Source of the DNA: Octopus vulgaris
Taxonomy: Eukaryota
NCBI GenBank assembly: GCA_951406725.2
Contig: OX597830.1
Coordinates: 42,160,001 to 42,224,000 of the forward strand
DNA length: 64,000 bases
Direction: 5' to 3'
This document shows positions 1 through 13,080 of this stretch, in pieces. The stretch's first letter is position 1, and every line of letters begins with the position of its first letter. The notes below the pieces were generated by a model. It had not been told where the DNA came from. It was given only the letters and a program-made list of their open reading frames with translations, and searched no databases. The position numbers were made by a program, and so were the translations under genes.

Positions 1-200
1 TGGGGTGCTAAATAGTTCCTGGTTTTAAAGGCACCACGAAAGGCCTGGTTGGAGGCCCAACCTTCCAAGTTCTTCTACAGGGCGTCGAATAACTGAAGAA
101 TCGCTGCAATAACTGTGTGAATCTGACAGGATAATATGTTGAATAAAATTATAATTAACTGATCTTCCCGTATTTTCTTTTATCCAACTTTTCAGTATTC
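1..200 (+). mobile_element. Mariner-derived non-autonomous element (MITE), window-edge copy
   Basis: Starts with TIR-like ggggtgctaaatagttcctgg and retains the transposase tail 'tgtgtgaatctgacaggataatatgttgaataa' (CVNLxGxYVE*); homologous to copies at 24375, 42920, 55175 and 55410. Confidence 0.7.
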
Positions 201-244
201 CATTATAAATATCAAAGGAAAATCACTTCTCTTGAAAGTTTCAA

Positions 245-398
245 TGGCTATGTGGTAAGAAGTTTGTTTCTCAACCATATAGTTCAAGGTTCAATCCCAG
301 TGTGTGGTACCTCAGGCAAGTATCTTCAACTGTAACCCTGGGTAGACCAAAGCCCTGTGAGTGGATTTGGTAGACAGAAACTGAAAGAAGCCCATCAT
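245..398 (+). mobile_element. tRNA-derived SINE family 2 (cct[t/c][g/a]ggcaagt core)
   Basis: A-box/B-box-like head (tggctatgtggtaag...ggttcaatcc) and body gtggatttggtagacagaaactgaaagaagcc. Other copies at about 5750, 24205, 26160, 27400, 28530, 44975, 46316, 48790, 53127 and 58305. Confidence 0.75.
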
Positions 399-485
399 AT
401 GTGTGTGTGTGTGTGTGTTTGTTTACATCCCCATAACTTAGTGGTTTGGTAAAACAAAGTACTGGGATTGATTCATCTGCTTTAA

Positions 486-695
486 CCCTTTCGTTACAGT
501 ATTTATTTTGGGATGCTCTGTGTTTCTTTCAATTACTTTAAATATAACGAAGAATTTAGTAAAATAACTTGTCATTAAGTTAGTGTTAGGAACATAAATT
601 GTGACTAAGGTTTGGTGGAAAATTCAAAACTTATGAAAACAAGACATTTGTACTCAGAGCCAGAGCCAGTTTCAGCTGGGTTGCTAACGAAAGGG
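486..695. mobile_element. piggyBac-type MITE
   Basis: TTAA at 482-485 and 696-699 flanking TIRs ccctttcgtta / taacgaaaggg. Confidence 0.85.
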
Positions 696-1146
696 TTAAA
701 ATTCTTCCAAGGTGGTACCCCAGCATGGCCACAGTCTAATGACTGAAACAAGTAAAAGATTAAAATATAATAGATATAACAATAGTACATTAAGGTAAAG
801 AAAAAGCAAAAACAAGAGGGACTGGTCGTTTATTGTTTACTGCACATGCATTAGTCAGTTACTGCTACACTGGTATTGTCAAGACATTGCTTTCGCAGTG
901 CTCTAGAAGTGAAGAACGTTGAAGGTGCAACTGTAAGGTAGGCATCTGTTGGGGGTGGGGATTTAGCAGGGTTTTGTTATTTGATATTGTTTTTCTTTTC
1001 GCAAACAAGAAATCCTCACTGGGTCCCAGACATTTGTCTGCCTGCAGTCATGCTAAGTAACTCACTTAGCTGTGAGAATTGTGCTCTCAAAAATTAAGTT
1101 TAAAAAATGGAAAAATAATCCAGAATCCTTCTCCAGTACCAGATCA

Positions 1147-1535
1147 ATGATATGTGCATCTCTGACCACGAGCAGAAGTAGTGGGGGAGCATCATAGCCA
1201 TGTGTTGAAAGGAATTCTTGAAGGTTTGGATAATTCACCTTTGGAAACCTGGGTGGTTCGTTCAACATCCTTAAACAATCCTTATTCAAGGAACTTTTGA
1301 GTGGGGTGGGCTACTTGATCAGAAGAAAATTCTAACTGGGTCTCACCTGCAAGGTCATGCACTGTTTATCTTGATATGAGATCACCATGTCATGCACATA
1401 TGGTTATGATACATGTGCCTGGTGTACCCTTATCAGATGGGTAGTCATGATGGGTATACTGGGCTTCGTATATTTTACCCTAGTGTCACTTTGATGGCAT
1501 GCACTGCTCTCTCACTCAATAATAATAATAATAAT
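1147..1535 (+). repeat. Unclassified interspersed repeat ending in (AAT)n, probably a LINE 3' end
   Basis: Close homologue at about 62307-62695; both end tgctctctcactcaataataat. Confidence 0.65.
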
Positions 1536-1750
1536 CTTTTCTACTCTAGGCACAAGGCTCAAAATTTTTGGGGAGGGGGTGCAGTCGATTAGATCGACCC
1601 CAGTATGCAACTAGTACTTAATTTATCGACCCTGAAAAGATGAAAGGCAAAACTGACCTCCAGGGAATTTTAATTCAGAATGTAAAGACAGATGAAATAC
1701 CGCTAAGCATTTTGCCCAGTGTGCTAACGTTTCTGCCAGCTCACCGCCTT
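1536..1750 (-). mobile_element. tRNA-derived SINE family 1 (Nin/Deu-domain-like core)
   Basis: Reverse complement of ggcggtgagctggcagaaacgttagc...gcctttcatc...ggtcgataaattaagtac; more degraded copies follow at about 2150-2360 and 2430-2590. Confidence 0.8.
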
Positions 1751-1879
1751 TCATTATAATAATAATTTATTCTTTTACTAGCTACAGGGGATCACATAAA
1801 ATGACATTAAAAGACAAAAAACAGGACGAGACAATGGCATGTACACAATATAATAATAATGGTAAAAATTGAACAAATT

Positions 1880-2132
1880 AAAACTCCTAATGGGAGAGGC
1901 GCTTTAAGATCCTCATGGAAAAACCCACAAAAGCCATGGGTGCCTGAACAACAGGGAAAGAGCACTTCTCCTTTCCCTTTTTAAAAGTGCACACTCAGAA
2001 TTGGTCCTTTCACACTGGCCATTCTTCCAACATTCACTCACCTTTCAACAAACTTGCTACAAGGCAACACTTTCCTCTGTACCCTCAACTTCTTTTTCAA
2101 GTGAAATTTGAAAAAGTTGATGAGGGCTTGGA
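1880..2132 (-). mobile_element. Degraded L1/Tx1-like LINE 3' fragment
   Basis: Shares aaagttgatgagggcttg and neighbouring sequence with the fragment at 60050-60960. Confidence 0.4.
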
Positions 2133-3924
2133 ATAATAATAATTATAGCTTCAAATTTTGCCACAAGGGTAAAAATTATGTGGGAAGGAATGACTTGATT
2201 ACAATCGATCCCCAGTGTTCAACTGGTACTTATTTTATCAAACCTGAAAGTATGAAAGGCAAAGTCAACCTTGGTGGAATTTGAACTCAAAACAAAAAGA
2301 CAGATGAAATGCCGTTAAGCATTTTGCCTGGTGTGCTAACAATTCTGCCAGTTCACTGCTATAAAAGAATTTGAATCCTTAGTGAGATTTGAACTTATGG
2401 GCCTTTGGATTCAAAATCCAGTATGCTTGAAACAAGACCAGTGATTTTGAAAGAAAGGGTCAAGTTGATTATGGCGACCTCCAGTATTTGGCAGGTACCT
2501 TAATTTTATCCATCTTGGAAGGAAGAAAGGTGAAGCTGACCTCAGTGGAATTTGAACACAGGACATTAAGAACTAAAAGAGATGCTGTAATTATTGTATG
2601 CTACTCGCTTCTGTCAATCCAATGATGATGATTATGATGATGATGATATCCATTAGCCACAAGGGTCTAGAACGTTTGGAAAGAGAATGAACAAGCAAGA
2701 ATAGTGGGATTAACAATGAAGAAACAAACAAACAAACAAGACAATATTCCTGAATACACGTAGATAAGAGCAGACTCTTCTTGTATATGAATGGTGCCAG
2801 TAAGAAGGAAAACGGATGAAAAGAGTGGTGTGTATGTAAAGTGTGTGTGTGTGTGTGTGTATGTTTTTTTACACATTTAAAAATACAGGAGGAAAAAAAA
2901 CAAAAAACAACCTCACAAATATGAATTAAAAAAATAAAGAAAAAGCAAATGTTACAGAACAACCAAGTTAGTAACAAAACGAAAATGGTAAACACACACA
3001 CTCATATATATCTCCCTTTCTCTTGCTCTCACACACACACAAGAGAAACAAGAGTAAATGTCAGCTACAGATGAGTTAAAAAAGTTCTAATATCATATTC
3101 CATACACGGTTCAACTTCATTCAGAGTCTCATGAGAATTTCATTTTTTGTAGTTGGTTTTCTTTTTTTCTTCTAAGGAGGAGTGGGGAGTGGAGAGATGT
3201 GTGTATGGATGGATGGATGAGAGAAGAATGCAATTAAATGTTAATTTTTGAGCCGAAGAAAAGGAAAACTGTTAATACATGCCTTAAAGGAAGTTTTGTT
3301 CTTGGAAGAGAAAGACAGAAAGAAAGAGAGGGCAGAAGGAAGAGAGGAGAGAAGGAGGGGAGAAAATAATAAAAATAAAATAAGATAAAACAGAAAAAAA
3401 AAACACTATATTTATATAGATTGAAAAGGAGAGGAATGGAAAACTAGAATGCGAAGACAGTTCACATCTTTCTTCATCACAGTGCTGACCATTTCATCCC
3501 CTTTGTATGATAAAAATCTAGGACTACTTTATCAAATATGACCAACCAAAATGATAGGAATTAATCTCAGGAAGATTTTGCTGCTATTTCTCATTGGTCA
3601 AGCTTTCCTCAGTGATTAAAAGATGTCACGATCAGGTGTAAGAACACAAGAGAATCAAAGGATTTAATCAATAGTGATGTAACGATGCTAATCATCGTTT
3701 CTATCATCATCATTGTAACATCCAATTTTCCATGCTCGCATGGGTCAAACAGAATCTGTAGAAGTGGATTTTCTGCAGCCAGATGCCCTTCCTGTCACCA
3801 ACCCTCACCTGTTTCCAAGCAAGTTAATATTTCCTTATGGTTGGCCCTGTTACCATGCAAAATTGGAAACACAGAACACTGCTTGTATGACAGTGATGCA
3901 ATCACACGCACACACATGTATATA

Positions 3925-4120
3925 TCATCATCATCATCATCAATTAACATCCGTTTTCCATGCTGGCATGGGTTGGACAGTTTGACTGAGATCTGGAGAG
4001 CCAGCGGCTGCACCAGGCTCCAATTTGGTCAAGCAGAGTTTCTATAGCTGGATGCCCTTCTTAACGCCAACCACTCCGAGAGTGTAGCGGGTGCTTTTTA
4101 CATGCCACTGGCACAGAAGC
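3925..4120 (-). mobile_element. RTE-LINE 3' tail or RTE-tailed short element ending in (GAT)n
   Basis: (cat)n-ttaacatccgttttccatgctggcatgggttggac...ggatgcccttc. Copies at about 4882, 25930, 29097, 46930, 54357 and 57418; the 29097 copy abuts RTE RT sequence. Confidence 0.7.
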
Positions 4121-4309
4121 TACACAAAAATATGATGGGCTTCTTTCAGTTTCTTCAAATACAGTAGGATTGAACCTGAAACCTCGTAATTGGAAAGCAA
4201 AAAGTCAAAACCATACAGCAATGTCTGTGTTGGCCAATAGTCGTTTCCAACATAAGCAAAAGCAACAAATCTGGACAAAGGGAACAGTGAATAATAATGA
4301 TTTCAAAGA

Positions 4310-4540
4310 TGGCGAGCTAGCAGAAATGTTAGCATGCCAGGCGAAGTGCTTAGCGGTATTTTGTCTGCCATTACATTCTGAGTTCAAGTTCCGCCAAGGT
4401 CGACTTTGCCTATCGTCCTTTCAGGGTCGATAAATTAAGTACCAGTTACGTACTGGGGTCGATGTAATCGAATTAATCCCTTTGTCTGTCCTTGTTTGTC
4501 CCCTCTATGTTTAGCCCCTTGTGGGCAATAAAGAAATAAT
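4310..4540 (+). mobile_element. tRNA-derived SINE family 1, near full length
   Basis: ggcgagctagcagaaatgttagc...gagttcaagttcc (B box)...ggtcgataaattaagtaccag...agccccttgtgggcaataaagaaata. Confidence 0.85.
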
Positions 4541-7500
4541 GATTTCAAATTTCAACACAAGGCCAGCAATTTTAGGGAGGTGGGTAAGTCAATTATATTT
4601 CCCCCAGTGCACAACTGGTACTTATTTTATTGAACCTGAAAGGATGAAAGGCAAAGATGACCAGCGTGATTTGATTTCAAAATGCAATGCTAATTCTGCT
4701 AACCCACCACTTTCATAAAGGATTCAAATTTTAGCACCAGGGCCAGCAGATTTTGAGGAGTGGGGAAGTTGATTACATTGACCCCAAAAAGATGAAAGGC
4801 AACATTGACCTGAGCAGAATTCAAACTGAGAACGCAAAGATAGATGAAACGACACTAAGCATTCTGCAAGCTCACCGACATATCATCATCATCGTTTAAC
4901 ATCCATTTTCCATGCTGGCATGGGTTGGACAGTTCGACTGAGGTCTAGGAAGCTAGGAGGCTGCACCAGTCTCCAGTTTGATCTGGCAGGGTTTCTACAG
5001 CTGGATGCCCCTCCTAATGCCAACCACTCCGAGAGTGTGGTGGGTGCTTTTTTTATGTGCCACTGTCACAGGGGCCAGAGGAAGCTGGCATCAACCATGA
5101 TCGGATGGTGCTTTTTACGTGCCACTGGCATAGGAGCCAGTCAAGACGGTGCTACCATCGGCCACATTCGGATGGTGCTTTTAATAATATTATTTCTAAC
5201 TCAGGCACAAGGTTTGAAATTTTGGGGTTTGCGGTTAGTTGATTACACTGACCCCCTGTACGCAACTGGTTCTATCAACCAAAAGGAATGTAAAGTTAAG
5301 TTAACATCAATGGGATTTGATTTCAGAACATTAGAAGTCAGAAAAAATACTACAAGCATAATGACTGTGCCAGTCCACTGCCTTGATAAGAACTCAAAGC
5401 CAGAAATTTTGAGCGGAGGGGGTGAGTCAATTACATCAAGCCCAGAAGTATGAAAGACAAAGATGATATTGGTGGACAAAGCCAGGAAGAGATGTTAGTT
5501 GATATCATTGACCCCAGTATTTAACTGATACGTATTTTACAGGCCTTGAAAGTATGAAAGAGGCAAAGCTGACTTTGATGGGATGTGAACCCAGAATATA
5601 AAGAATCAGGTGAAATAACACAAAAACAGTTTGATGCACTAATAATGATAGTAACAATAATTTCTTCAAATTTTAGCAAAACTTTATCACTTTCTTGAGA
5701 GGAGTAGCAACCATAATCATGCACTTAAAAAAAATTTTTTTTTTTGTTGTAGCTTCAAACTGTTTGTTTCCCAACTACACTGTTTTGAGTTGAATCCCAC
5801 TGTACCTTGGGCAAGTGTCTTCTATTAAAGCTCCAAGCTGGCCAAAGCCTCGTGAACGGATTTGGTAGACAGAAACTGAAAGAAGCCTGTCATGTGTATG
5901 CATTTGTTTGTGTGTCTTTGTCTTAAATGGCATCTTATGTCAGTTGTAAATGGTTGTCAGTGCCATTGTTATGTAATTAAGAAGTTTGTTTCCCAGCCAC
6001 ATGGTTTCAAGAGCAGTCTCACTGCTCGCCAGGTGTCTTCTAATAACTGTGGGCTAACCAAAGCCCCGAGAGTGGATTTGGTAGATGGAAACTGAAAGAA
6101 GCTCATATCTATGTGTATATGTGTGTTACCATTTTTGATATTGCATGAGTATCGTTCATTTCCAATCTTCAACGGAAACACATCATCATAGGGAAATATT
6201 ATCTTACTTGGAAACAGGTGAGGGTTGCTGACAGGAAGAGCATCCAGCTGTAGAAAATCCACCACAACAAATTCTGTCTGATCCATGCATGGATGAGAGA
6301 GTGGTCATTAAAACAATAATGATGATGATGATAAATACACAAACACACATGTGCATGTGTGTGTTTGAGTCTTTTTATCCTGACATTACACAATTATTGT
6401 AAACAAGCAATATCCTTCATTTCCAGTGCAAGGTAAAAATGAATCCAGTCATGGGGAAATGTTACCTTTTTGGAAATGGGTGAGGGTTGATGACAGGAAG
6501 GGCACCTGGCTGTAGAAAATCTAACTCAAGGAATTCCATCTGACCCATGCAAGCATGGAGAAGAGAACGTTAAAAATTTCATTTTATATTGTAATTGGTG
6601 AAGAATATCATTCTTTATAAGCTTTCAATGAGGAAATCCAATCTCCACCCATTTTACTGCGCTTCTGGTGCCAAGTAAAAAGCATCTGGTAGAGTCTATA
6701 AAGTTGGTGGCGTTAGGAAGGAAACCCACTTGTAGAAACCATGCCAAAAAGCAGATATTAGAGCCTGGTGCAGTTTTTTGGCTTGTCAGTTCTTGTCAAA
6801 GTGTCCAATCCATGCCAAGTGGACAGCAAATGATGATGATGATGATGAAGATGATCCTGAGACATGGAATGTATTCCAAGGATTCTTCAAGAGTAAAAAT
6901 GTTTGGGAAACGTTGAGCTAAACACTGGTTTAGACTGTGTTTATCTGACTGAAAATTGGTTATTCAATAGTAATGACAGAACCTGTGGAGTGAGAAAGTG
7001 ATAAAATATAAAAATTAAAAAAAAAAAAAAACCATAACCAGCTTTTTCAGCAATATGACTTATTAAGGTCAAGCTGATGTTAGAAATCATAGAAGCTCAT
7101 CAAGCATTTGTTTGAAGGTCATTAGTCATCTGAAGAAAACCAAAATATCATCACTGCATTGCTGTATTTTTAAACATATTATTTATTACACTAGATGGAT
7201 GACAGAAAAATAGACTGATGAGAAGAATTTTCCGGAACAAATTTTAATTTAATACAATATAGATAAACATTATTACTACAATTCATTCAGTCTCAATGAG
7301 TGAAACATTACTTATCAGTAAATTTGTGTGTGTGTGTGTGCTTGAGTATATATGTGTGTGTGTGTCTGTGTATGCTAATATCCATTAAGTTTGATACAGA
7401 CAATCAAGCACTTACAAATGGTAATAATAATAAATAAATATTGATTTTTATTTTAATACTTCTTCACAAATGGAGAGGATATGAAGAAAATCATTCAGTT

Positions 7501-8150
7501 TGAGATTTGGCAGTTTCTCAAAACTAATATAATAAATAAAACAAATAAAATAAGTCAATGTCGTTATTGTTTTCTAAATCATAAATTCAGATATTTTGCT
7601 TTTACAATAATATAATTAACTAAATGCCTGTAAAATATAAAAACAGAAAAAGATGTTCGATACTTTGAATTTGAATATCTTCAAATTATTATTATCATTA
7701 TTATTGTTATTATTATTACAGTTAATTTTTTCATGTGAAATAATTATTATTATATAGAGGCATCAGAAATGCAGTATCACCTGATTTTCACAAAACTGTC
7801 CATTTTCATGAAACATGAAGCATTAATTAATATTATATGCTTCTCCGATCATATTTGAACAAGTGTATTGGAGGTTTGCAGTGTATTTTATTATTCAAAT
7901 GATCTGTTTATAAAGTGAGAGAATGTTTTGTGTTTAGACAAAATAGTTTGTTATTAAAAAAAATACAGGATTAACTAATTAAGACCAGAATATAATTAGT
8001 AGAAACTAATATTGAGAGAATAATCATTTAAAAAAAAAAAAGAAGAAAAAAAACCTAAATGAATTGTACTGCAATAATTCAACCTTTTGTTTCTTTCTTT
8101 TTCATTTTGCATAACTAAACAAAATGGTAAACTATAACATTTTGCTTCAG

Positions 8151-8283
8151 GATTATTAGAAAGCAGAAATGAAATATTGTGATGGTGTTCAACCCTCTCA
8201 CTCAAGGAGATCAGCCGAAATAGAGAACAGACAGACAGTTTGGAGAACGAGTTTAGGAAGTTGATCACAGAAAACCCACAAAG
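8151..8283 (+). other. Candidate non-coding exon
   Basis: ttttgcttcAG acceptor and AAG|gtattt donor around a less AT-rich unique segment; stops in all three frames. Confidence 0.25.
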
Positions 8284-8384
8284 GTATTTTTATAGTTTCA
8301 TAGATAGAATATGACTCACAGTGCTGCAAAAAGCACACTAAGTTTTAACAAGGGATAAACTGCAAATAATAATAATAATTATTA

Positions 8385-8689
8385 TTTTTTTCTACTCTAG
8401 GCACAAGGCCATGAAAAATTTTGGGGAGGAAGGGAGCTAGTTGATTACTTCAACCCAATGTTTAACTGGTACATATTTTGACCCCAAAAAGGATGAAAGG
8501 CAAAGAAAACCTTGGTAGAATTTGAATAATAATAATAATAACAATAATAACAATGATGATTTTGTAATTTGGCACAAGGCCAGCAATTTCCAGAGCAGGA
8601 TTGAGTCAATTACTTCAGCTCAGTGTTAAACCGGTACTTATTTTATCGACCCCAAAAAGATGAAAAGCAAAGTTGACCTCAGTGGAATT

Positions 8690-8730
<41 letters not shown>

Positions 8731-8860
8731 CAATAATCCTTTCTATTATAGGCACAAGGCCTGAAATTTGGGGGAGGGAACTACTTGATTACACTGACCA
8801 CAGTGTTTTGCTGGTATTTAATTTATTGACTCCAAAAGGATGAAAAGCAAAGTTTAATAA
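8385..8860 (-). repeat. Three tandem truncated SINE family 1 fragments separated by (AAT)n
   Basis: Repeated unit ggcacaaggcc...ctggtac...ccccaaaa[a/g]gatgaaa[g/a]gcaaag. Confidence 0.7.
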
Positions 8861-9614
8861 TAATAATAACAATAATGGGAAACATTTCAATAATCATCCT
8901 ACCACCCTGCTGATTGGTGCTAAGCCATCAAAACCAAGTAAAGTCTACAATATAATAAAATTCAATATTATGTATATATGTATGTACCCTACTACTACCT
9001 TCATCCAGTGTAGTCTAGTTGCTGTATATTAAAAATCAGTAAACTTAAAAAGCCAGGAGTTAAGCTGACTGCTGCACAACTTTGGATAATTTGACAGGAT
9101 GGCTGACCTAACATGTAATTCCCATGAAGCATTAATACATTTGGAAGAAACAGGTGAAGTACATAGCAAGATAAACAAGCTTGTACAGAGCTTGGCTTGG
9201 AAAAGAGATAGATAGGGAGAGAGAGAGAGAGAGAGACGACAGACAGAGACAGAGAAAAATTATAAACGATTACAGCAAAATAAAACAGGAAATTCTCAAG
9301 TAAATGGGTCGGGTGTGTGTATGTGAAGATTTGTGGCTGTTGTTTTTTAAGGGATGGATAGTATGTATTACTGGATCTTAGGGTTAAATGAAATGTTAAG
9401 AGAAGACTTAACATGCACCAGTGATGACTAGTTCTCTCTCACACTCTATTCTCAAATAATTAACACTGTTTGCCTTCCAGTGGGTCAAACTGATATTTTA
9501 CTGTCTTTGCTAAATATTTTATCCAGTTTGAGACGTGTGCTCTTCAGAAATATGTTGCAGAGATATAAACTGAGAGAATCAGGAGAAGAGATCTGTTTAG
9601 GTGGTACCATGTTA

Positions 9615-9641
9615 GCAGCCATTTTGGGTAACCATGGCAAC
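9615..9641. promoter_or_regulatory. RFX X-box with adjacent YY1-like site
   Basis: GTAACCATGGCAAC at 9628-9641 fits the X-box consensus; gcagccattttg at 9615-9626 reads CAAAATGGCTGC on the minus strand. Confidence 0.45.
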
Positions 9642-12584
9642 AGTGGAGAAGTTATGGTACTTAGAAGAGAGAGCAGTTTAAAAGTTTTCAAAACCATCCT
9701 CATGCAAACTTTTTGAACATATATAAATAGATATATTAAATAAAAATCTGGGAAAATGAAAGTTGGATTATTAAGAAATAGGTGATGGTACATTATTATT
9801 CAATGAGGGAAGCACATAAGAGCTAAATTCTGAGAATTTGGTTTTATAGATAGATTTCTTAAATAATGTACACAATGATGTTTTCTAACTGGGGGCGGGG
9901 ATCAAAGTATAGTGAAATATTTATACTGTATACACAATCCTTTTTTAACCCACTTTAAATAGTTGCGAAAATACCAACAAACAAAATTACAAAAAAATTA
10001 AAAGGGTGATTTAATGAAATTCTCTCTTAGTCATCAACTTCAAGAAGTTGAGAAAAATTTCAGATACATGATCAGGCTTCTTTAGACCTTAGCAAAAAGT
10101 TAGTCTGTTGTGTGTGATGGCATTAAAAGAAGCTAACAATTTTTTGAAAAAGTGGAGAAGCAATCTTAGCAAAAGAAATAATTCTTCAAGTATTTCTTCT
10201 AAAGGTTTCATAAATAGTCAATCACTTTCTTTTTCCTAATGAAGATTTTCTTTTGTCTTTTTTTAATTCTATTTTATCTACTAATATTATTTTTGTAATT
10301 TTCATATACAGAAAACTTGTAAAGTGACTCCTTACTTATTCACATTCAGTTCACATCCCAGATTTAAGGCATTAGGTTACAATTATATTGGGTTAGAAGA
10401 GGGGAAAGTAATAACTAAGAACAAACCTAATTTATGAAAACGTAGACACACAAACTTCATACCATTCTAATTATGCTTTTAAGTGTAGTTAAGCAAGTTT
10501 CTTATACAATGTATGAAGAAACGGATGAGAAAAGAACAATGCTCTCATAGATAAAAGTATAATGAATATATTGTGCAAGATATTAAGGAGTCACAAGATA
10601 TTTTATACCATAAAGAAATATTATTATTTTCGTTAGTCAAAGAAAAAAATGGAAAAATTTTTTAATCAGCTAGGTAAAAACCAGATTTTTTTGTAACAAA
10701 AGAGAATTTTGTTAACGCTTGATTCTATTATTAACATCTGCTGTGTTATTATTCATAATTTTAAATAATCTAGGGGTTATAATTGAACCCCTACAAAAAG
10801 GAAAAATACATGAAAGGAAATAAAGAATAGTAACTTCTTGAAAGAAAGAGATAAGGAAAGGAACTAAGAGAGAGAGAGAGTGAGAAAAGAGAGAGAGAGA
10901 GAGGAGTGGTTGAGAGTGAAAGAGAAGCTGTTCAAGTTGGTGACAGAGTAGGAAGGGGGAGGTAATCGAGGAAGTCATGATTACGACCCGTCTATCTTCT
11001 TCATATTGGAAACACTGGCACACTCTCATCATCATCGCTGCCAACTAACTCCCTGTTCACAAAAATGCGGCAGACATTATCTTAGATATGACTCCGATAT
11101 CTGTTAACCTAGATATGGAAAACAGTAGAAGGGCCGAGAACATTGATTATACTCTTTGGAATAGATGGATTGAATGCGAGGAAAATTGACAGTTGCTGGA
11201 GGAAGAAAGAATGAAGATGCTAGCCAACTGTTCGAACATACAACACACACACACACACATACATTCATTCATATACATACACACGTACACAAAGACATTT
11301 GGAAAGGAAGAAAATTATAGAAATGAGAGAAAAAAATAAATTGTTTCATACCAGTCAGCTTACAAAAAGATGCTTGTTATTGAAAGTGTGCTGGGGAGTT
11401 GACAGCGCCAAAATGGAAGGTTCTACTACATTTGTTCTGACAGTTAAAGATATCAAATTTACTCCCTCTTTCTCATTTATTTTTCCTTCTCACTTACTCT
11501 CTCTCCTCTGTCTAATTTTACTCGGCTTTTAAATAATTTTTTTTTTTTTTACTCCAACGAAATGGAAAAAGGAAAAAACCAAAAAAAAAAAAAAAAAAAT
11601 AGCAAACATCTCCATTTGATTGTGGTGCTTGTATCAGAAGCAACTATGGACAGAATTAATTACAGTCTAATTGAAAATGTGTTTTGAATATGAAAAGGGA
11701 AGAGAGATATAGAAATAGAAAGAAGGATAAATAAAGGAAGAAAGCACAATACCAACTGAAAATAGCTTTAAGCCACCACTCACAGAAATATTCTAATGGT
11801 AATACTGGTTTTTCAGATAATTTCTAATTTGACAGAAAGCTTATCCATCCATTCATTCCTAACGCACCCACACATGATAATAATTAAACACAAGAGCTAT
11901 TTTATAGCATTTTTTCTTTTTATTCTGATAACAAGGTGAAGGACATTTTATTTTATACATGTCATATTTTTTATTCTATTATTTGATTTTATTTCCTGGT
12001 GAAAAACACAACTTTCTAAATAACCATTTAACAAGATATTCCCAAAGAGGATGTTTACAAACTGAGTGTATTTCCTTGACCAAACCAGTGATTATTTACC
12101 GAACAAACTGACCAATCTAACTTGAATAAATGAATTTTTGGCTTTTCATTTGTAGAAGTACAAAAAAATCCTATCAAATTTCAGTGCAGTGCTAGGAGGC
12201 AAAGAAGCGAGGAAATATCAGTCAGGTATATTAAAAACTGCTAATGGATTACAGATGACTAAGTGAATGAACAATAAAAGCAACTCGCTTCCAAGTTAGA
12301 AGTGTTTAAATATTATTTCACATAAGTAAGAATACCAAAATAGCCCCAAATTAATTTAATTACCAATTACAACGAATAAACGGCTGGTTTAAGAGAATTT
12401 CTCATCAGTTGATTCCGAAAAAATCCCAGGCAAAGCGACGCACATGTACGAACGAACACAAAGCAATAATTGGAGGCTCATTCCTGTTTTAATAATTCAA
12501 ATGACAGAGTTATTTGAAGGCCCTTGTATTATGGCTTTTGTTAGGGATAAAGGTTTCAGATATGAAGTAAATTATATAAATTAC

Positions 12585-12652
12585 CTGGTGGGGACTCGAT
12601 AACTTTAAAAAGCATCTGGTAGTAGTAGTAACTGTTTATGTTCCACGTGTGT
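12585..12652 (-). other. Candidate 5'UTR exon, 5' boundary uncertain
   Basis: CCAG|GTAATT donor on the minus strand (GT at 12584-12583) in unique CpG-containing sequence. Confidence 0.25.
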
Positions 12653-13044
12653 CTGTTGTGTTGTGAGACAGGTGTCAACAAGAGAAAGACGAGAGCATGG
12701 TTGTGTATATGTGTATATATATATGTGTGTGTATGAGTATATACACGCTCAAGCTTTTATGAGTATAAACAAAAACGGGGAATTGAAACATCCTCCTCGA
12801 AATGTAAGAGAGGAAAGCTCACAAACGATGGACAAAAGATAAACAGTTGTCTCAACATGAAACTAAGGAATGTTAAAGATAGAAAGTTCAAAGAACACAA
12901 GAGGAAACCCAAAACATTTCCTCAGCTTGATATTTATTAGTAAAATAAGTTTATCAAATATATATTTATTTATACACATATACGAAGAGAGAGAGAGAGG
13001 AAGAAACTTCAATATAAAGTGAAAAAGCCAAAAAGAAAACTTAC

Positions 13045-13080
13045 TTCTCTGCCTGAAGTTGACAACAAGAGGAGCCAATA
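13045..13080 (-). other. Candidate short 5'UTR exon
   Basis: GAA|GTAAGT donor (13044-13039); upstream cacacAG acceptor lacks a good polypyrimidine tract. Confidence 0.2.

Noticed and set aside
4920-5453. 177-aa ORF and similar ORFs beginning MGWTV
   Set aside because: Translations of non-coding RTE-tail and SINE repeats.
8385-8860. Regularly spaced repeats suggesting a CRISPR-like array
   Set aside because: Eukaryotic SINE fragments separated by (AAT)n; no constant repeat and unique spacer pattern.
12385-12412. CTGATGA on the minus strand (also plus-strand hits near 7215, 42479, 49944 and 58230)
   Set aside because: No correctly placed stem II, GAAA and UH, so not hammerheads.
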